Positions 1-20,909 of a stretch of 64,000 nt of DNA are shown piece after piece. The notes beneath the pieces were generated by a model. The model was not told the DNA's origin, did not search any database, and worked only from the letters and a program-made list of their open reading frames with translations. Within the stretch, counting starts at the first letter, position 1. The number at the start of each line of letters is the position of its first letter. Source of the stretch: Microbotryum violaceum (lineage: Eukaryota); the NCBI GenBank assembly GCA_001244265.2, contig CDLV01000004.1, forward strand, positions 1,178,001 to 1,242,000, in the 5' to 3' direction. The position numbers and the translations under genes are program-made.

Positions 1-360
1 CAGGAAGTCTTTCGGCAGGCCAACACGCCCACGCTTGCATTTCAAAGTGAGTGTGTGCTCCAAGTTTGCACAAGAAGTGTTCACTTTTCAAGACTGACCA
101 TCAGTTCCTTTCTCGATGATGATGGACTCGATCATTTCACAGATATGAACCAGCGGATGTCGTTCTGGGAGAAACAGAACGAGATCATTCTCCCGCAGTA
201 CAGGAAAGTCGGCGCAAAGCAGCTGCGCAATATGTTCAGGGCAAAAGGTCGACAGAACGCGCAGCATGGATCCTCCTTGTACTCGCTAGCGCGCATGGCT
301 GAGCTGAGACCGTTCACCCTTCAAAATGCAACGGAGCCCGAGACACGTGGAGTGGCCTAG
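1..360 (+). CDS. 3' end of an unidentified intron-containing gene (or TE gene)
   Basis: Intron-like segment GTGAGT(47)...CTGAC...CAG(103) followed by an open frame to TAG at 358-360; no recognisable domain. Confidence 0.3.
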   Translation, partial: QEVFRQANTPTLAFQSECVLQVCTRSVHFSRLTISSFLDDDGLDHFTDMNQRMSFWEKQNEIILPQYRKVGAKQLRNMFRAKGRQNAQHGSSLYSLARMAELRPFTLQNATEPETRGVA

Positions 361-629
361 TGAGTGATCACGATCTAAGCTGCTTGCCGATCTGATGAGC
401 TAACAAGCGACGGAGGTATTTACCCTTGTCAGCTTTCAACCTTTTAATGAGAAAACGAAGCAGCCGTTGATCTGCGTCCTTGCGTCCTTCCACTCCATCG
501 ACGTGTTGATGTCCTTCGCCACAGTTGGGAACGATTCAGGCGATTGGTTGCGGTTTGTTGGACTTGACTCAAGCTGGCGATACCTGAACGAGAACCGCGC
601 CCCCTCACCGCCGGTCAAAAGGGTATTAC

Positions 630-883
630 TGTTTCATCCCACTTAGAATAGTTTAGTATCTAGTTGTTGATATTAGCCGCGCGCCTCTAGCCTTCCAAGT
701 GCGCGCGCCCTGAGCTCTTCTCTCTCTTCTCCAACTATCTTTACTACCATCTTCGGCTCTCATACTTACGTACCTCGTGCCTCGTGCCTCAGGTTAGTCT
801 TGCAATACTTCCAACTATCTTTACTACCATCTTCGGCTCTCGTACTTACGTACCTCGTGCCTCGGGCCTCAGATGTGCTAAAA
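630..883 (+). repeat. copia 5' LTR with internal ~62-bp direct repeat and GTTAGT..CAG intron-like segment (793-872)
   Basis: CCAACTATCTTTAC...GCCTCAG occurs twice (731-792, 811-872); the first copy is followed directly by GTTAGT. Confidence 0.8.
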
Positions 884-2132
884 GGTTATGAGCCACACCG
901 ATCTACCAGCCAACATCGCCCTTCCCGACAGCGACGACGAAAACAGCATGGCCGGCAACGATGAGACGGGCACACCGCCCCTCCACCTTCGCCATTGTCG
1001 AGCCAACCCAACATAGTCGTCCCTCCCATGCACGTTCTACTCACACGCGAGCAATTCGACGACCTCGTCAAGAAACGCCGCTCTGTCGATGACGACGACG
1101 TGTCCAAGCGGAACCTGCTGCCGCCCACGAGCCCTCCGGCATTCCCCGACGAGTCCAAACTCTCGGACAATAACTACGTCGACTGGGACCTCACCATGTC
1201 TCTTACCGCGCCTCGCGATGTATGCCTATACTTGCGCATCGGTTGCCACGACAAAGCCTGGCTGCCCGAACTGCACTCGCGATGGGAGGATTACGCGGCC
1301 CGTGTGCTCGCCAGCTCGCTGACGACCGTCGCGAAGGGCACGATAGGCCCCGTCGCTCAGAAGGGCGGAAATGCCCACGCCTGCTGGGTCGCCCTCACGA
1401 AACGCTACGCTCCCAGTGACGCGCAATCACACTCCACGCTGATCCGTGACTCCTTCAACATGCCGAAATTTCCTTCGACCTGGGCCGGCTTCAACGAGTG
1501 GACGAACCGAGCCATGGTTCTGATCAATCACGCTCGAATGGCCCAACTCGATCTTGAACAAGTCATATTGGCCCGTATGATCGACGACTTACCTCCACTC
1601 TACAATAGCTGGCGCAGCACGTTCTACTCGCTTCAGCCAAACAAAAGCAAGCTTCCAGTCGTTGAAGAGATCTTCGCGTCAATGGAATTGGTTGCTCATA
1701 CACTTCGCAACGAGTCTACTCCAGCTCTAGTGGCCCAAACGCCGAGTTCGACGACGAAAGCGGGCCAGAATAGAAAGGGTTGATGGGATAGGTCGGGTCC
1801 TCCGCCGGGTAACTGTCCTGCATGCCAACAAGGCAAGCACTGGGTCAAGAAGTGTCCCGACATCTCCAGGCGTACCAAGTACCTCGAGCTGAAGGCTGCA
1901 TTGAAGGAGCTTAAGGGCGTCTCTCCTCCCTCCGCTCCGGCCCTCGCCGCAACTGACGACAACGCGTACATGGCCTTCTTCGCTGCGCCCGCCTTCGTGA
2001 ATCTCAACAAGTCTGCGAATCTTCTCTTGGACTCAGCGTCCGCGTACCACGCGCGACGCCGTTGATCGCCGAGCCTGTCGAACAGCTCCCGCCGCCGAAC
2101 GACGAACTTCCGGCACCGGATGACGAAGCCGC
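630..2132 (+). mobile_element. 5' fragment of a Ty1/copia LTR retrotransposon (5' LTR, PBS, gag, start of protease)
   Basis: LTR starts TG at 630 and ends ~883; PBS GGTTATGAGCC at 884-894; gag ORF 995-1783 continues past a TGA into zinc knuckle [14 protein letters not shown] and protease motif LLDSAS (~2025-2040); truncated by the LTR at 2133. Confidence 0.85.
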
Positions 2133-9722
<7,590 letters not shown>

Positions 9723-11095
9723 CGGTGCTGGATCAAGCTGTTCAGATCAAGTGCAAGCTGACGAGATCCGTGACGCAGAAGGGATGGGAGCCGAATAATC
9801 TGAGCCTGTGAAAGAATGCTGGTTCCATTCAGTGTTGCTACACGGAACCAATTGCTTAGATGAACCTACACGACCCGGCAAGCTTTCATTTCACAATGAC
9901 GTTGAGCAGGAAGTGTTTCTCTGCTTGAGCATCGGCCTCGTCATAGGCCTGCTAAATGGCAAGCCTAGAATTGGAAGAGATGAGTGATCAGCTCAGAGAA
10001 GATTGGTACAGGTCTCATGGCACTCAACTTACGGTGCAGCATCATTGTTAAGGCCAAGAGCAGCTAAAGAGCGAACAGCGTTTTCAACCAACTTCCGCTC
10101 TTTTGGGTCCAGCACGACAAGACCTTTCTCCAAGCCATGCTGTCCCTAGGAAAAGCACGAAAAATAATCCCAATCAATCCACGCCATCGAACAGACGAAC
10201 AATTTGGCTGCTTCCCAACGAAATTGAGCAGCGTGTGCAAAGACGCGCTACACCCGAGGATCCTTGAGGGAGTATATTGCTCCTCTATGAGCAGTGACGA
10301 CAGCACCTCCAGAGCCTTCACGATGAGATGCTGACTTTTGATGTCGACACCCACATAAATTTCCATCCACTTTTGGCTGCTGATAACGATCGAACGCATG
10401 CGCTCGGCGTAATCTATATGCCGCCAGATCCTTCGACACCAAAAGGCAGCCGGTGCCCAGCAATAGCAATTGACCGGTAACCTTGCTCACGCGCCGCAGT
10501 AATTGCTCCACAATCCTTGAACTTGTCCGTCCAAGCATCGAGCGGCCTAGGAAGAGTATCACACTCGAGAGGCTCGTCTGTCGACCATGAAAGCTGTATC
10601 TGGGTTATCTGGGTGTCTGCAGTGGGCTGTCAAAGCGGAAGGCGAGAAGCTCGATATCCGGATTGTCTAGATACATTTCGTCGAAGCTGGCGAAGCGAAA
10701 ACGTAGGATAATGATGATGATGGCACAGACAACGCGACGCGGCGGGGGAGGCAAGAGACGGCGCACTCAGATGAGACGGCTCGTTCAACCAGCCAAGAGG
10801 CTTCTAATTGCAGAATCGAACCATTAGAGCCCTTGTTGTGAATTCGGTACAGGCCAGTGTTTCGCGCGCGCTCCGCATGTTCTTGAGGGTCGGCAAACTC
10901 TGGCGCACCAAGCCGAATGTGGCTGAAATGGGTCCAGATTTGTCCACTGGCACCTACGGGCCTAGGACCCCACCCGCACCGGCGCACCCTGATTTGTCCA
11001 CCCCCGACTACGCGCCTTCGCAATTTTGGCCCATCTGAGGCCCACAATTTGTCCAGTCGGGCACTACGCGCCTCAGGCCGGGCTTTCAGGGGTCC

Positions 11096-12171
11096 TGGCG
11101 GAGCTGCTCCTCGGCGTCAAAAACCGGAGCAATTGCGGCAACCCGCGCGGCGGCGCACGGCTGGGACGACAGCAGCAGCAGGTCTATAGAGTGTACGTGG
11201 TTGGCTTTGCAGGTGAGGTGTGGCTGAGGGAAGAGGCCGAGCTCCATCTTGTGCCGATAGATGAAGTTGCCTCCCAAGATAATCTCAAGGTCCTTCCCGA
11301 GGGGCGCTACCTCGGCGTACGTGGGTCCTGCGGCCCAGAGCCCATTGGCCAGCTCGAGCGGGACTCGAACAAAGTGCGTGCAGGTGAAGACAGTGGAGAC
11401 TTGGTTTTGCATTGCAAGGGTGTACTTCGAGTGCTGTTCCAGGGCGCGCCTTTCCAAACCCAATCGCTGAACAAGCTCCTCATTGAGAAACGTTTGAGGC
11501 GATCCCGAATTGACTAGGGCGGAGGCAAGGAGAGTACCATGAGCGCCGAGTAGGGAGACGGGTAAGGGGGAAAGGGATGCGGTGTGTACGAAGGATCATT
11601 GTCGTCCTCCGAGTCGCTGCTGAGGCCGGCAAACACGGTTGAATTGCCAGTTTCTTGGAAGGTCCGAATGGCCGCCACCATACGGGGCCCGGGGCGAGGC
11701 GCAGGAGCGGTCGACGTTGGCGTCGACGGAGTGGCGGACACTCCCATAGGTGACAAGTAGCGGGGGCAGTTGCGCGAGATGTGGTCGGCGTTGAGAGTGC
11801 GGCAGCGATAGCATCCGTGGTTCTGGTCCAGGTACGCGCGCTCGTCGGCGGTGAGTTGGGCGACGGGGCGGGGCCACCCGCGCTCGGGAATGGCCGGTAG
11901 CAGCTGTCGCAACTTGAGTTGCAGCTGAGACTGCAGCGGGTCTCGAGTACGTGGGGCGCTGTTGTAGCGCACTGACCTGGGTCGCAATGGCTTGGCGTCG
12001 CTGTGCGATGACGCTCCATTCCTCGCAACCAATCGTCTCAAAGACTTGGTAATCGAACTCGAGAGGTTGGTTCGTGTGTGCGTCACTAAAAACCTCGGCG
12101 GCCTCCGGACTCGTAGGGACCACCGGAGCGTCGAGGGCAAGCTTCTCGAGCGAGAGGTCCGACCAGCCAGC
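11096..12171 (-). pseudogene. gypsy gag-protease fragment (same clade as element C)
   Basis: FDYQVF, LTADERAYLDQNHGCYRCRTLNADHISRNC knuckle, protease ALVNSGS (catalytic D mutated) and IILGGNF. Confidence 0.8.
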
Positions 12172-12711
12172 TGTCACAAACGGGATCTTGCGACTTGTGC
12201 CCTTGGCTCACGTGATCTCACTCGGACCACGTGACCTCGGCTCGCTTCCAGTACGGGTCCTCACTTCAGTATCGCACGTGATCACGTCTTGATCACATGA
12301 TCTCGCTTCGCTTACATCATCAGCTCACTTGGTCACATGGTCTCGCTTCGGGTACATCTATTGTACACGTGTTCTCGCCTGGTCCATGTGGTCTTGCCTG
12401 GTCCACGTGATCTGGCTCGGTCACATGACTCCGTTTGGCTCTTATCATCTCGCTTGATGCACATGACTTCGTTTCATGGGCACGTGTTCCTTTGCATTCT
12501 ATCCTGTGCATAAAAAGTGACCAGTGTGATAGCTTGTTTCTCTTTCTCTTTTCTGCAACTCGAATCTCGCAAAAGGTCACATCCTTGCTCTCGTCCCTCG
12601 TCCTCGCCTCTCTCGGGAAGTCCTTGGAACATCTCTCGACTCGTCCCTCGTCCCTCGCCTCGAGCCCCTACGTCCGGCTCACCTCCCCTATCTCTTTGCC
12701 CCTTCGTGATA
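12172..12711 (+). repeat. solo LTR rich in CACGTG/CACATG motifs
   Basis: Imperfect terminal inverted ends TGTCACAAA...TTCGTGATA; TATA-like CATAAAA ~12509; gypsy coding sequence stops and resumes at its two edges. Confidence 0.65.
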
Positions 12712-14120
12712 GCTCCAATGCGCACTTCTGGGCCAAGATTGACATGACCAACTCCTTTCAGACCAAGATGGCGGAGGAGGACATCCCTAAGACGGCCGTG
12801 TCCACACCTTGGGGTTCGTACAAGTGGACCGTCATGCCCATGGGCCTCTGCAATGCCCCTGCCACCCACCAACGACGTGTCAACGAGGCACTCCAAGGCC
12901 TGCTTGGCACCATCTGCTTCGTCTACCTCGACGACATCACCATCTTTGCGGACACACTGGAGGAGCACGAGGCCCGTGTTCGCCAAGTCCTGGAAGCGCT
13001 GCGCCGTGCCGAACTCTACTGCTCGCCAACCAAAACCAACCTTGCCACTGCGGAGTGTTCGTTCCTTGGCCACATCATCAACCGCGCCGGGGTGCATGCT
13101 GATCCCAAGAAGATCCAGCGCATAGAAGACTGGGCACTACCCAAGATGGTCAAGGAACTCAGGGGTTTCCTCGGGCTGGTGCAGTATCTTCCGCAAGTTC
13201 ATCCCTGGCCTCGCTGAGCACACCGCCACGCTGACTCCCTTGACACGCCAAGGACTCTCATCTATTGCCACACTCTGGACACCCAACGAGGTCCGCCACT
13301 TCAAAGCCATCAAGGCCATCGTCACCTCACTCGACTGCCTTCGGCCGCCCAACCACTCCGCCGACGCCGCTCCGTTCTGGGTGATGACTGATGCAAGCAA
13401 TCAGGGAATTGGTGGTGTCCTACTCCAGGGTCAGGAGTGGAAGATGGCGCGCCCCATTGCGTACTGGTCCAGGCAATACATACCCGCTGAACGCAACTAC
13501 CCCACTCACGAGCAGGAACTCCTTGCCATTGTCGAAGCACTCAAGGAATGGCGCATCGACTTGCTTGGCGGTCACTTCCACATCCTCACTGATCACTCCA
13601 CACTCTAGTACTTCCAGACCCAGCGCACCGTTCTCTCTCGCCGACAAGCCTGTTGGCTGGACACCCTGGCCGAATTTGATTACGACCTTCGGTACCTGCC
13701 CGGCGAGGACAACATCGTAGCCGACGCCATGAGTCGATACTCCTTCACCGATCCACTGCCCACACTAGTGGCCTCTGTCCCCCATGTCAAGCTTTCGGAT
13801 GCTGTCAAGCAGCAGATCCTCGACGCGTACGAGACCGACCCATTCTGCCAGCAAGCCATGGCTAACATTGGCTCAGTCACATCGAACTTCAAGATTGTTG
13901 ATGCATTGCTGTATTTACAGGGCCAGCTTATCATTCCATCACTAGCCCCGCTCCGTGAGTCCATCCTTCACGATGCTCATGATGTGCAGGGGCACTTAGG
14001 TGATATGAAAACGTACCGGACCGTTCAGCGGGCATACTTCTGGCCAAACATGTCCCGGGACATCAAGCACTACGTCCAACAATGTGATTCTTGTCAGCGG
14101 ACCAAAGCTCGTACCACTCG
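12712..14120 (+). pseudogene. gypsy RT-RNase H-integrase zinc-finger fragment
   Basis: [29 protein letters not shown]...CDSC; stops and frameshifts; ends abruptly at 14120. Confidence 0.9.
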
Positions 14121-14471
14121 TAATAGAGCTTGGTTGATGATCACGTAAGAGTCGGGGGCGAGAGGGTTGTGAGTGTGTAGTTGGAGGAGAAGAAAGCAGT
14201 GCAGGTGCCGAAGCGGGGAGAGGAGGTCCGAGGCGCGGGAAGGCCGAGGTCACGCGGATGACGAGAGTGCTGAGAGGCCGAACTCGGAGTGGCGAACTTC
14301 CATTCGTGGCACATCGCCACCTCGAGCTCGGGACACCCGAAGTTTTGATGCTAAATACCCTCCCAAAGCGATCACATGCTCACAAGTTACAGTCAACTGG
14401 TCGTTCCAGATGTCCACAACATTCTGGATATTCCATGCCGGTGTGATCTCCATTTCTCAAAATAGCACCTG

Positions 14472-14550
14472 CCTAAGCTCAACTAAGCCCTCCCTCTGGG
14501 AGGGGCTTATGAGTTATCGGCGCGCTTGGCCCAGATGCCCTCCGAAATTT
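14472..14550 (+). repeat. left subterminal inverted repeat (partner 20833-20909)
   Basis: GGGAGGGGCTTATGAGTTATCGGCGCGCTTGGCCCAGATGCCCTCCGA is the near-perfect reverse complement of 20838-20885; each copy contains a CCCTCCC-nnn-GGGAGGG hairpin. Confidence 0.9.
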
Positions 14551-15099
14551 CACAGCCATTTTGGGGTGGTTTTCTGTAACTTGGCAAATACTTACATTCA
14601 TGCAAAAGTGAGGGCCCCTATTTTTCTTTATGCTCTAAAAATGACATACCCCAAGTGGCGAGAGCTTTCATGAGCTGTGGGTGGAGCTACAGCGATCCGA
14701 AGTCTGCGATTTCGGTCGATCGGGCCTCAGATGGTCCGAGCGCATCGTGTAATTGGCGCTCTCATCATCGGCGAGCCTGCTCCGTTCGGCTTGATCCCCT
14801 TGCGTACGCTTCACTGTTCTCCTCTTTTCACGATCACCGTCATCCACGTCAAGCGCGACAATATTTAAAACCAAAAATGACCCGAACAAGCAGACACCAT
14901 ACCACGTCAACTCGCCAGAACACCCGCCGCGAGGCGGATCTATTCGCTGAATTTCGTAGCCGCGATCTTTTGCTGTGTCAATACCTGTCGTGATACTTCA
15001 GCCCTTCCACACGCTTTGAAGGCGTTCAAACACACCGATCAAAGCTTTTCAACAGCAACTGGTCCAGCCTCAAGCTTGTGCTTGATCTGATTCTACGAC

Positions 15100-17775
15100 T
15101 TGCACGTGAGGATGGCGCAGAGTCAAGCAGCCGAATCAATGACTGGATCGCCGAGCAGGTGGGCAACACTTCGTACTTCTCGGATTGATTCTCCGGATTC
15201 GAAAAAGCTACTGAATACTTGCCTTATCCGCGTGCAGGCCGACTCGATCATCTTTAAAGAGATGAAGCGAACCAAGTCCGCCTTCGTCGCTAGCCATGAC
15301 TTGACTCCCGAAGTCCTCGCATCCGATTACATCGACGCCCGGCTCGATGCAATCGCCGAAGACAACCCTTTTATCAGCGGACGGATTCGTAACTTGCTAT
15401 CACAATGCGGAGACCCACCACCGGCTGAGCCAATCAACTGTGACAAGGACCCAACAGCCTCCACTGATGTCGAGATGGAAGAAGCCACCCGGAGAATGCT
15501 TCCGATCCAGAGCAAGAGCAAGAGCCTGGTCACGAATAAAGACGTAACGAGTTCGTGGGTGTTTCTGACCCTAGCTCGGCTGGGTATCGCAGCGAATTGA
15601 CACCAAAAATCAACACGCTGGCCGCAGCTTTACCGCAGTGTCATGGGACAGATCGCATTCGCTTGCAACCGAAGGAACAACGTCATGCAGCATCGCAACG
15701 GTCTAATGACTCTCGCATGTGGAGCGAACGACCGATTGACAACATGTCTGTACGATTGCGGCTTGACAACATCTCGCTGGGCGACGCTCCAGGCAGCTGC
15801 GAGCTTGACGAAGGCGAATTCGCTGAAACTGAAGGAGATTGGCTCGAACAAGTACCTTCATTGACAACATCGACGTCACACATCACATCAACGATCGGCA
15901 ATTGGATCGACGAACCGAGCTGCTTCATGGAACTTTTGGTTACGCCCACATTCAGAACGGAGATATTGCCGGCGCTTACAACCTTCGAGCCTACTCTGCA
16001 CATCAAGCGTCTTTGCCACGAGTCAATCTCCAGCATCTCCTCCCAACTTCCCAATTCGACTCGTCATCTACAACTGGGATCAAAGCCCAGATATATCGAG
16101 CGCTTGCTCGACTGGTCCCTCATCTTGGCCTCAGTCTTCGCGATCCTCGATGCACACCACCCCCTGTGGAACAACTGGACGTCAAAATGCCCGACATCAA
16201 TTTGCTTCAAATGATGGACGAGTCGGATACCTCCACCGCGGATGTGCCACAAGTTATCAACAGGCTGAGACTACAGCGCGGTCTTTCAGAGACAGAATGG
16301 GCAGAGTCTCTACGGATACTTGAATGCGATGGAGGAACTTCAATGCTCGTCGAGTCACTCCGCAAGAATCGTTACCCTTTTCGGAAACTCTACGATGGGC
16401 TGGGCACTGTGATCACAGTGCCAGGGGTTGCTCATCTTCAGTGGTGCATTGGCGCGGCAACCTATCGACGATATTTCGGGGACCCAGCGCTGGGATCGAA
16501 CTACCGAGGGTCACTCTATATCACTGCCACTTTACTTGGTCGCAAAAAACTGGACCCCAAGGAAGTCAAGGATTTCAACCAGATGGAACGGCTTCTTCGA
16601 GACACAGCACAGCTAGAGCTGTTGGATTGTTTCCTGTCAGTCACTTCGCTCCAGCTGATGATTTTCAGCACTCTGCCCCAAGTCTCTTAGAATCTGACAG
16701 CACTCCCACTTTTTGATACAGACAAGAACTCAGACTGAAGACGATCGACGAGCAAAGACCAACCCACCTTACCGGACTTGATGTGGTGATTGAAAGGGTC
16801 ATCCGCAGGTATCTCTCTGCCAATGCCATTGAACAAGCGAAAGCCAACAAGAGTAAGGCCCCGGCGTTTTACGAGTCACTACTTCGGTTGCGCGACTTGG
16901 TCGACTTCGAGGAGGGCTACTTCGCAACCTTGCAAGGGGACATCGGTCGAGTAATCCACTGGTGGGAGCGGATGTCGCCCTTCCTTCAGGCCGCAGAAGG
17001 TGTCTCCCACTACCGCAGCCATCTGCCACATCTACTTCTACTCCTCAAGTCGGACCTACCGACCCAGCTCACGCGCCTTGTTCGGCGAGGCTTGCTGATA
17101 TGTCCTAGCGGTCGGCGTGGGAAGTTTTGCGGGAAGGATTTTTATTTGGAGACGCTAAATTACTGGCTGAAGTATTTTTTTCTCGGTCAAGGTGAGTCTC
17201 AAAAAGTATGGGGCTTTGCTTGTTGTATAGAAGATTAGTACTGATACCCTTCGACAGGGTGCTGGTTGTTCCTTTGACAAGATGCGCGACGTCATATCAT
17301 CCAACATTCTTCTGGTCAGCCGGAGCCCCTCTTCAGAAGCATTTGTGCAACACCTTTGACCTGACATCTTGAGAACGGGTTGGTGATCAGCAGTTTCGAC
17401 AACTGATGTGCGATATGAAAACAATCATCGGACGCAAAAGCCTTTCTCGAAACCATATCAGCACCATCAGCCCAGCAAGCGTGCGGGTTGCCACTGGACG
17501 ACATGCGCCGCAACAAGATCCATCGTCCATGCGACAACACTTCAGGACTCTGGGACCTCAAGCGCAGACCTATCGTGGACAAGAAGGAAGAAGGCACCCA
17601 GAAGCTCGTGTGCATGACACAGAGCGAGTTGGATCTATTTCGCTATGGACCCAGTCTTCCACCCCAAGCTTCCCTTTCTCAGGAGTCGCAGGAAGACGAA
17701 GATCCTCTGATTGATGTATCGGAGGAGTTGGCTCAGGAGTTCAGAGAGAACATGGAGGCGATGATTTTCGATTGA
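15100..17775 (+). pseudogene. DUF6589-type (Academ) transposase, intron-containing, disrupted
   Basis: Motifs AFACNRRNN, FIDNID...HGTFGYAH, ECDGGT, GDIGRV, CPSGRRGKFCGKDFYLETLNYWLKYF; introns 16636-16690 and ~17192-17257; stop at 15598-15600 and frameshift near 15850. Confidence 0.75.
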
Positions 17776-17931
17776 GACAAGATTAGTGCTTAAGCTTTTA
17801 TTTCACGGAACGTTGATAGACTTGGGGGCCAATGCAATCCTTTTGCGAGGAGTCTTAACTTTGTCACCAGAGGGAGATGATCGTTTTTGCGAAGGCCCGG
17901 CCAGTCCAATCCTCCCTTCCGTCTCAACGTG

Positions 17932-20524
17932 CTACGCTTCTACCTCGCCGCCCTTTCTCCTTGCTTGTTCTTGTCCGGTCTTCTCACTTTCTTGCCCGCG
18001 CTGCCTGACTTCCGCATTCACTTTCTTCCACTGCGTCATGACTTGCTTCCGCTCTTTCAGACGCTCGCGCCTACGCTTCAGGACTGCCCTGACCAGCTTC
18101 TTCCGCTGCTGCTGAATCCCCTTTTGCTCCCGAGCTTCCGCCTTTCTGACCTCTTCCGCTTTAAGCACATTTTGTTGCTCGATTAGGAAGTCGCGCTGCT
18201 CACGGACAACAGGAAAGAGAGCTTTCCACATGCCCGGAAGGGGTTCGGTGAAATCGTTGAGACGAAAGGCATCTTCGGAATCGAGCAGCGCGATCTCCTT
18301 GGCAACACGTTGCGCAATGATAGGAGGGAAGCGCCACAGGAGGTTCTCAGTCGGTCCATAATTCAGGTCCTGAGTATATTGCCTGTACTCAATAGAAGTT
18401 TCTCGACAAATTCGGCTCGTTGTTGGGACTTCATACGCCACGGATTGTGCCCTCTCGTCTGTCGATTGACTGACTGCGTTGCGCGTTCATCGGCCGAGTC
18501 CTCCAAGTCGTCCTCGGCATTCTCGACCTGCGAGTTTTGTGTGGGTTGGCTCATCTTGTCTGCTTCGATGGTTGCCCCGTCGTAGCTTGAAAAGTCGTGG
18601 TAGCTTTCCTCTGTGGTGTACCTCAGGTGTTCGATGATGTACTTGGCGCCTTGAGGATCACATCGAGAACACTGGCAAGATCTGCCGGTGATGTTTCCTT
18701 GACGCTCCATTTCAGCAACGATGAGAGGATCGTCCGCCTTCAGCGGAAGCTCGCCTTGCCTGCATGTTTCCATAGTATGAGGGATTAGATTACCTATGGC
18801 CGTGCGTCCTGACAGGTTCAACTCACGTGTATAGGACGATGGCCAGAGCGTGCAAGCACGCCTTCGACTCGTAGAAAAAACGGATTGAGAGTTCGTTCTC
18901 AGTGAGTAGCTCGAGTCGTGGACGGTCGCCATGCACACCGGAAGTCGAGATCTCGTCTGGAATTGTGTCGTCTTGCTCCGGATTGCTCGCTGCAGATTTT
19001 TTACGTGCGTCGTTCCGGGGCTCCAAACAAGTGATCCCAATTGATCGCTGCCCACTACGCCCTCCTCGACCCTTGCGCTGAATATCGTCCTCAACAGTGG
19101 TCCGACCGTATTGAGTCACAGTCCGAACACCAGGCCAATGTATCCCAAGACCCAGGGCAGATGTCGTTGAGAAGAACGGGAATAACCCTTTCTCAAAGTC
19201 CTTGATGTCCTCCGACTTGTCAAATTCGCCTCGAACCGCGTTGAACTTGCGCGCAAGGGGGGAGTCAACGGTGATCGGGAGCCCGAACTGTTCGTGGAGA
19301 GCGAGGAGGGCGTTGGCCGTCTCGATTCGGCTATTAAAGTACAGGATTGACTGGGGAAAAGTACTGGGATCTGACCGCTTGTCGAGAAGATCCCTGATGC
19401 TTCCCATAGCACTTTTCGTTCTTGGTTTCATCTCGACTACGATGTTACGTAGGTTTGGTCGGAAAAGGTCTGCTTTGGCGAAGAACGTTCTGGATCGTGC
19501 GAGACTGGAGACCTTCAGAATCCGGTCGATCTTGTAAGGGGGAGCGCCGGCCGTGAGGAAGAGTGTCTGACAACCAAGGGTCAGACGTCGCTCCGCAACT
19601 TGGCCATATACGGGACGAAAGGCCGTTAATCCTTCGATGGTGTGGCTCATGGATCCAGCGCGGTCGGCGCTGCCTGCGAGTCCCCACTCGGCGATCTTGA
19701 TTGCCTCGTCATAGACGAGCAACTTGACGCGCTCTCGAAAGGACTCGTTAGAGATCAACTTTGCCCAATCTGCATTGTTGATGTGCATTTCAGGAGACTT
19801 GACACGCAGCAAACAGGAAGGAAAATCAACACATCTGCACTTCACTCAAACAGGAGGTTAATCGGCACATACGATCAGAATGCCATGGAGATCGTGTGAC
19901 TGGGGTCGTCCAACTGCCTGTACAGCTCGCCATCTCTCCAGGTCTCCTTAGATACCACAACCGCTTTCTTTCCCTTTCGATTGAGATTGGCAGCCTGAAA
20001 GAAGCATATGACTGCGGAAATCAGCACGGATGTCGGTCCAGCAAGCCCAGTCGGCAGAAAAACTCACCTGATGATTGCTCAGTGCATTCAGTGGACTGAC
20101 AACAATGGTGACGGCCCGGCGTCCATAAATGAGATACATTGCTTCGAAAATAACACTTTTGCCTGAACCTGTTGGCGCTGTGACGAACACAGCGTCATAT
20201 CGATCCCGGTTCGCAAATTGATCGAGTTCGAAAAGTGCAGCAATGGCCTCGATCTGCACAGGCCGGGGGGTAGAGTCCTCGCCAAGATTTTCGCCCGCCC
20301 CGAATAACTTTGATCTTCTTGCGTAATTCGCTGGAATCTCGTCGGTCCTCCTGAGTCAAACGTGGCCTCCAGTGACCGAGAACGGTTGTCGGTTTGGTTG
20401 AATGATTCGGTGCTGGGGTCGTAGGACTGGCCCTTGAAGCTGATCGCAAGGGAGACGCCCTGAACTCAATTGACGGATGTCGACGGGGCGGTCCCCTAAC
20501 CGGCCTGGGTGTTTGTACCGACAT
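17932..20524 (-). pseudogene. RecQ-like superfamily 2 helicase
   Basis: Motif I APTGSGKS, Ia VVSPLNAL, II LLVYDEAI, III LTAG, V STTSALGLGI, VI QRKGRGGRSG, C-terminal CQCSRC; introns and a likely frameshift near 20260. Confidence 0.85.
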
Positions 20525-20832
20525 GGCTCATCATGAGGGGAGGTGCGATGTTGAGTGGAGGAGAGAGAGGATGCGTGAGGCGCGGCCGGGCTTGAGTGAC
20601 CTGGATCTATGCATCCTTCGACGCGGACTGGACTACGACTGGTCCGTGCGCCGACCTGCGTCTCGTTCGGAATCAGTTCATTCAAGCTGCTGTAGCGAGA
20701 TGATCAAGCGTTCCTAGACTTCAACCTTCGGTGAAGCATCATCAATAATAATGAAGTAAAGAAGTATCCCTCCAGTTTTCAGATAGCACCAATATATGCC
20801 ATGCTACAGCAAGGGGGCACTTTTCAGGGCCA

Positions 20833-20909
20833 AAATCTCGGAGGGCAACTGGGCCAAGCGCGCCGATAACTCACAAGCCCCTCCCAAAGGGAGGGGCGTC
20901 GAGCTTAAG
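20833..20909 (-). repeat. right subterminal inverted repeat (partner 14472-14550)
   Basis: Reverse complement of 14472-14550 with few mismatches. Confidence 0.9.

Noticed and set aside
14121..14160. Exact terminal inverted repeat with 21165-21199 and a TSD for the AcademH-like element
   Set aside because: Only patchy similarity (TAG, ACGTA, GGGGGCG) and no matching flanking duplication; termini left as uncertain.
18823..19845. Host SGS1/RecQ gene
   Set aside because: Degenerate motifs, no recognisable HRDC region, paired with a transposase between inverted repeats.
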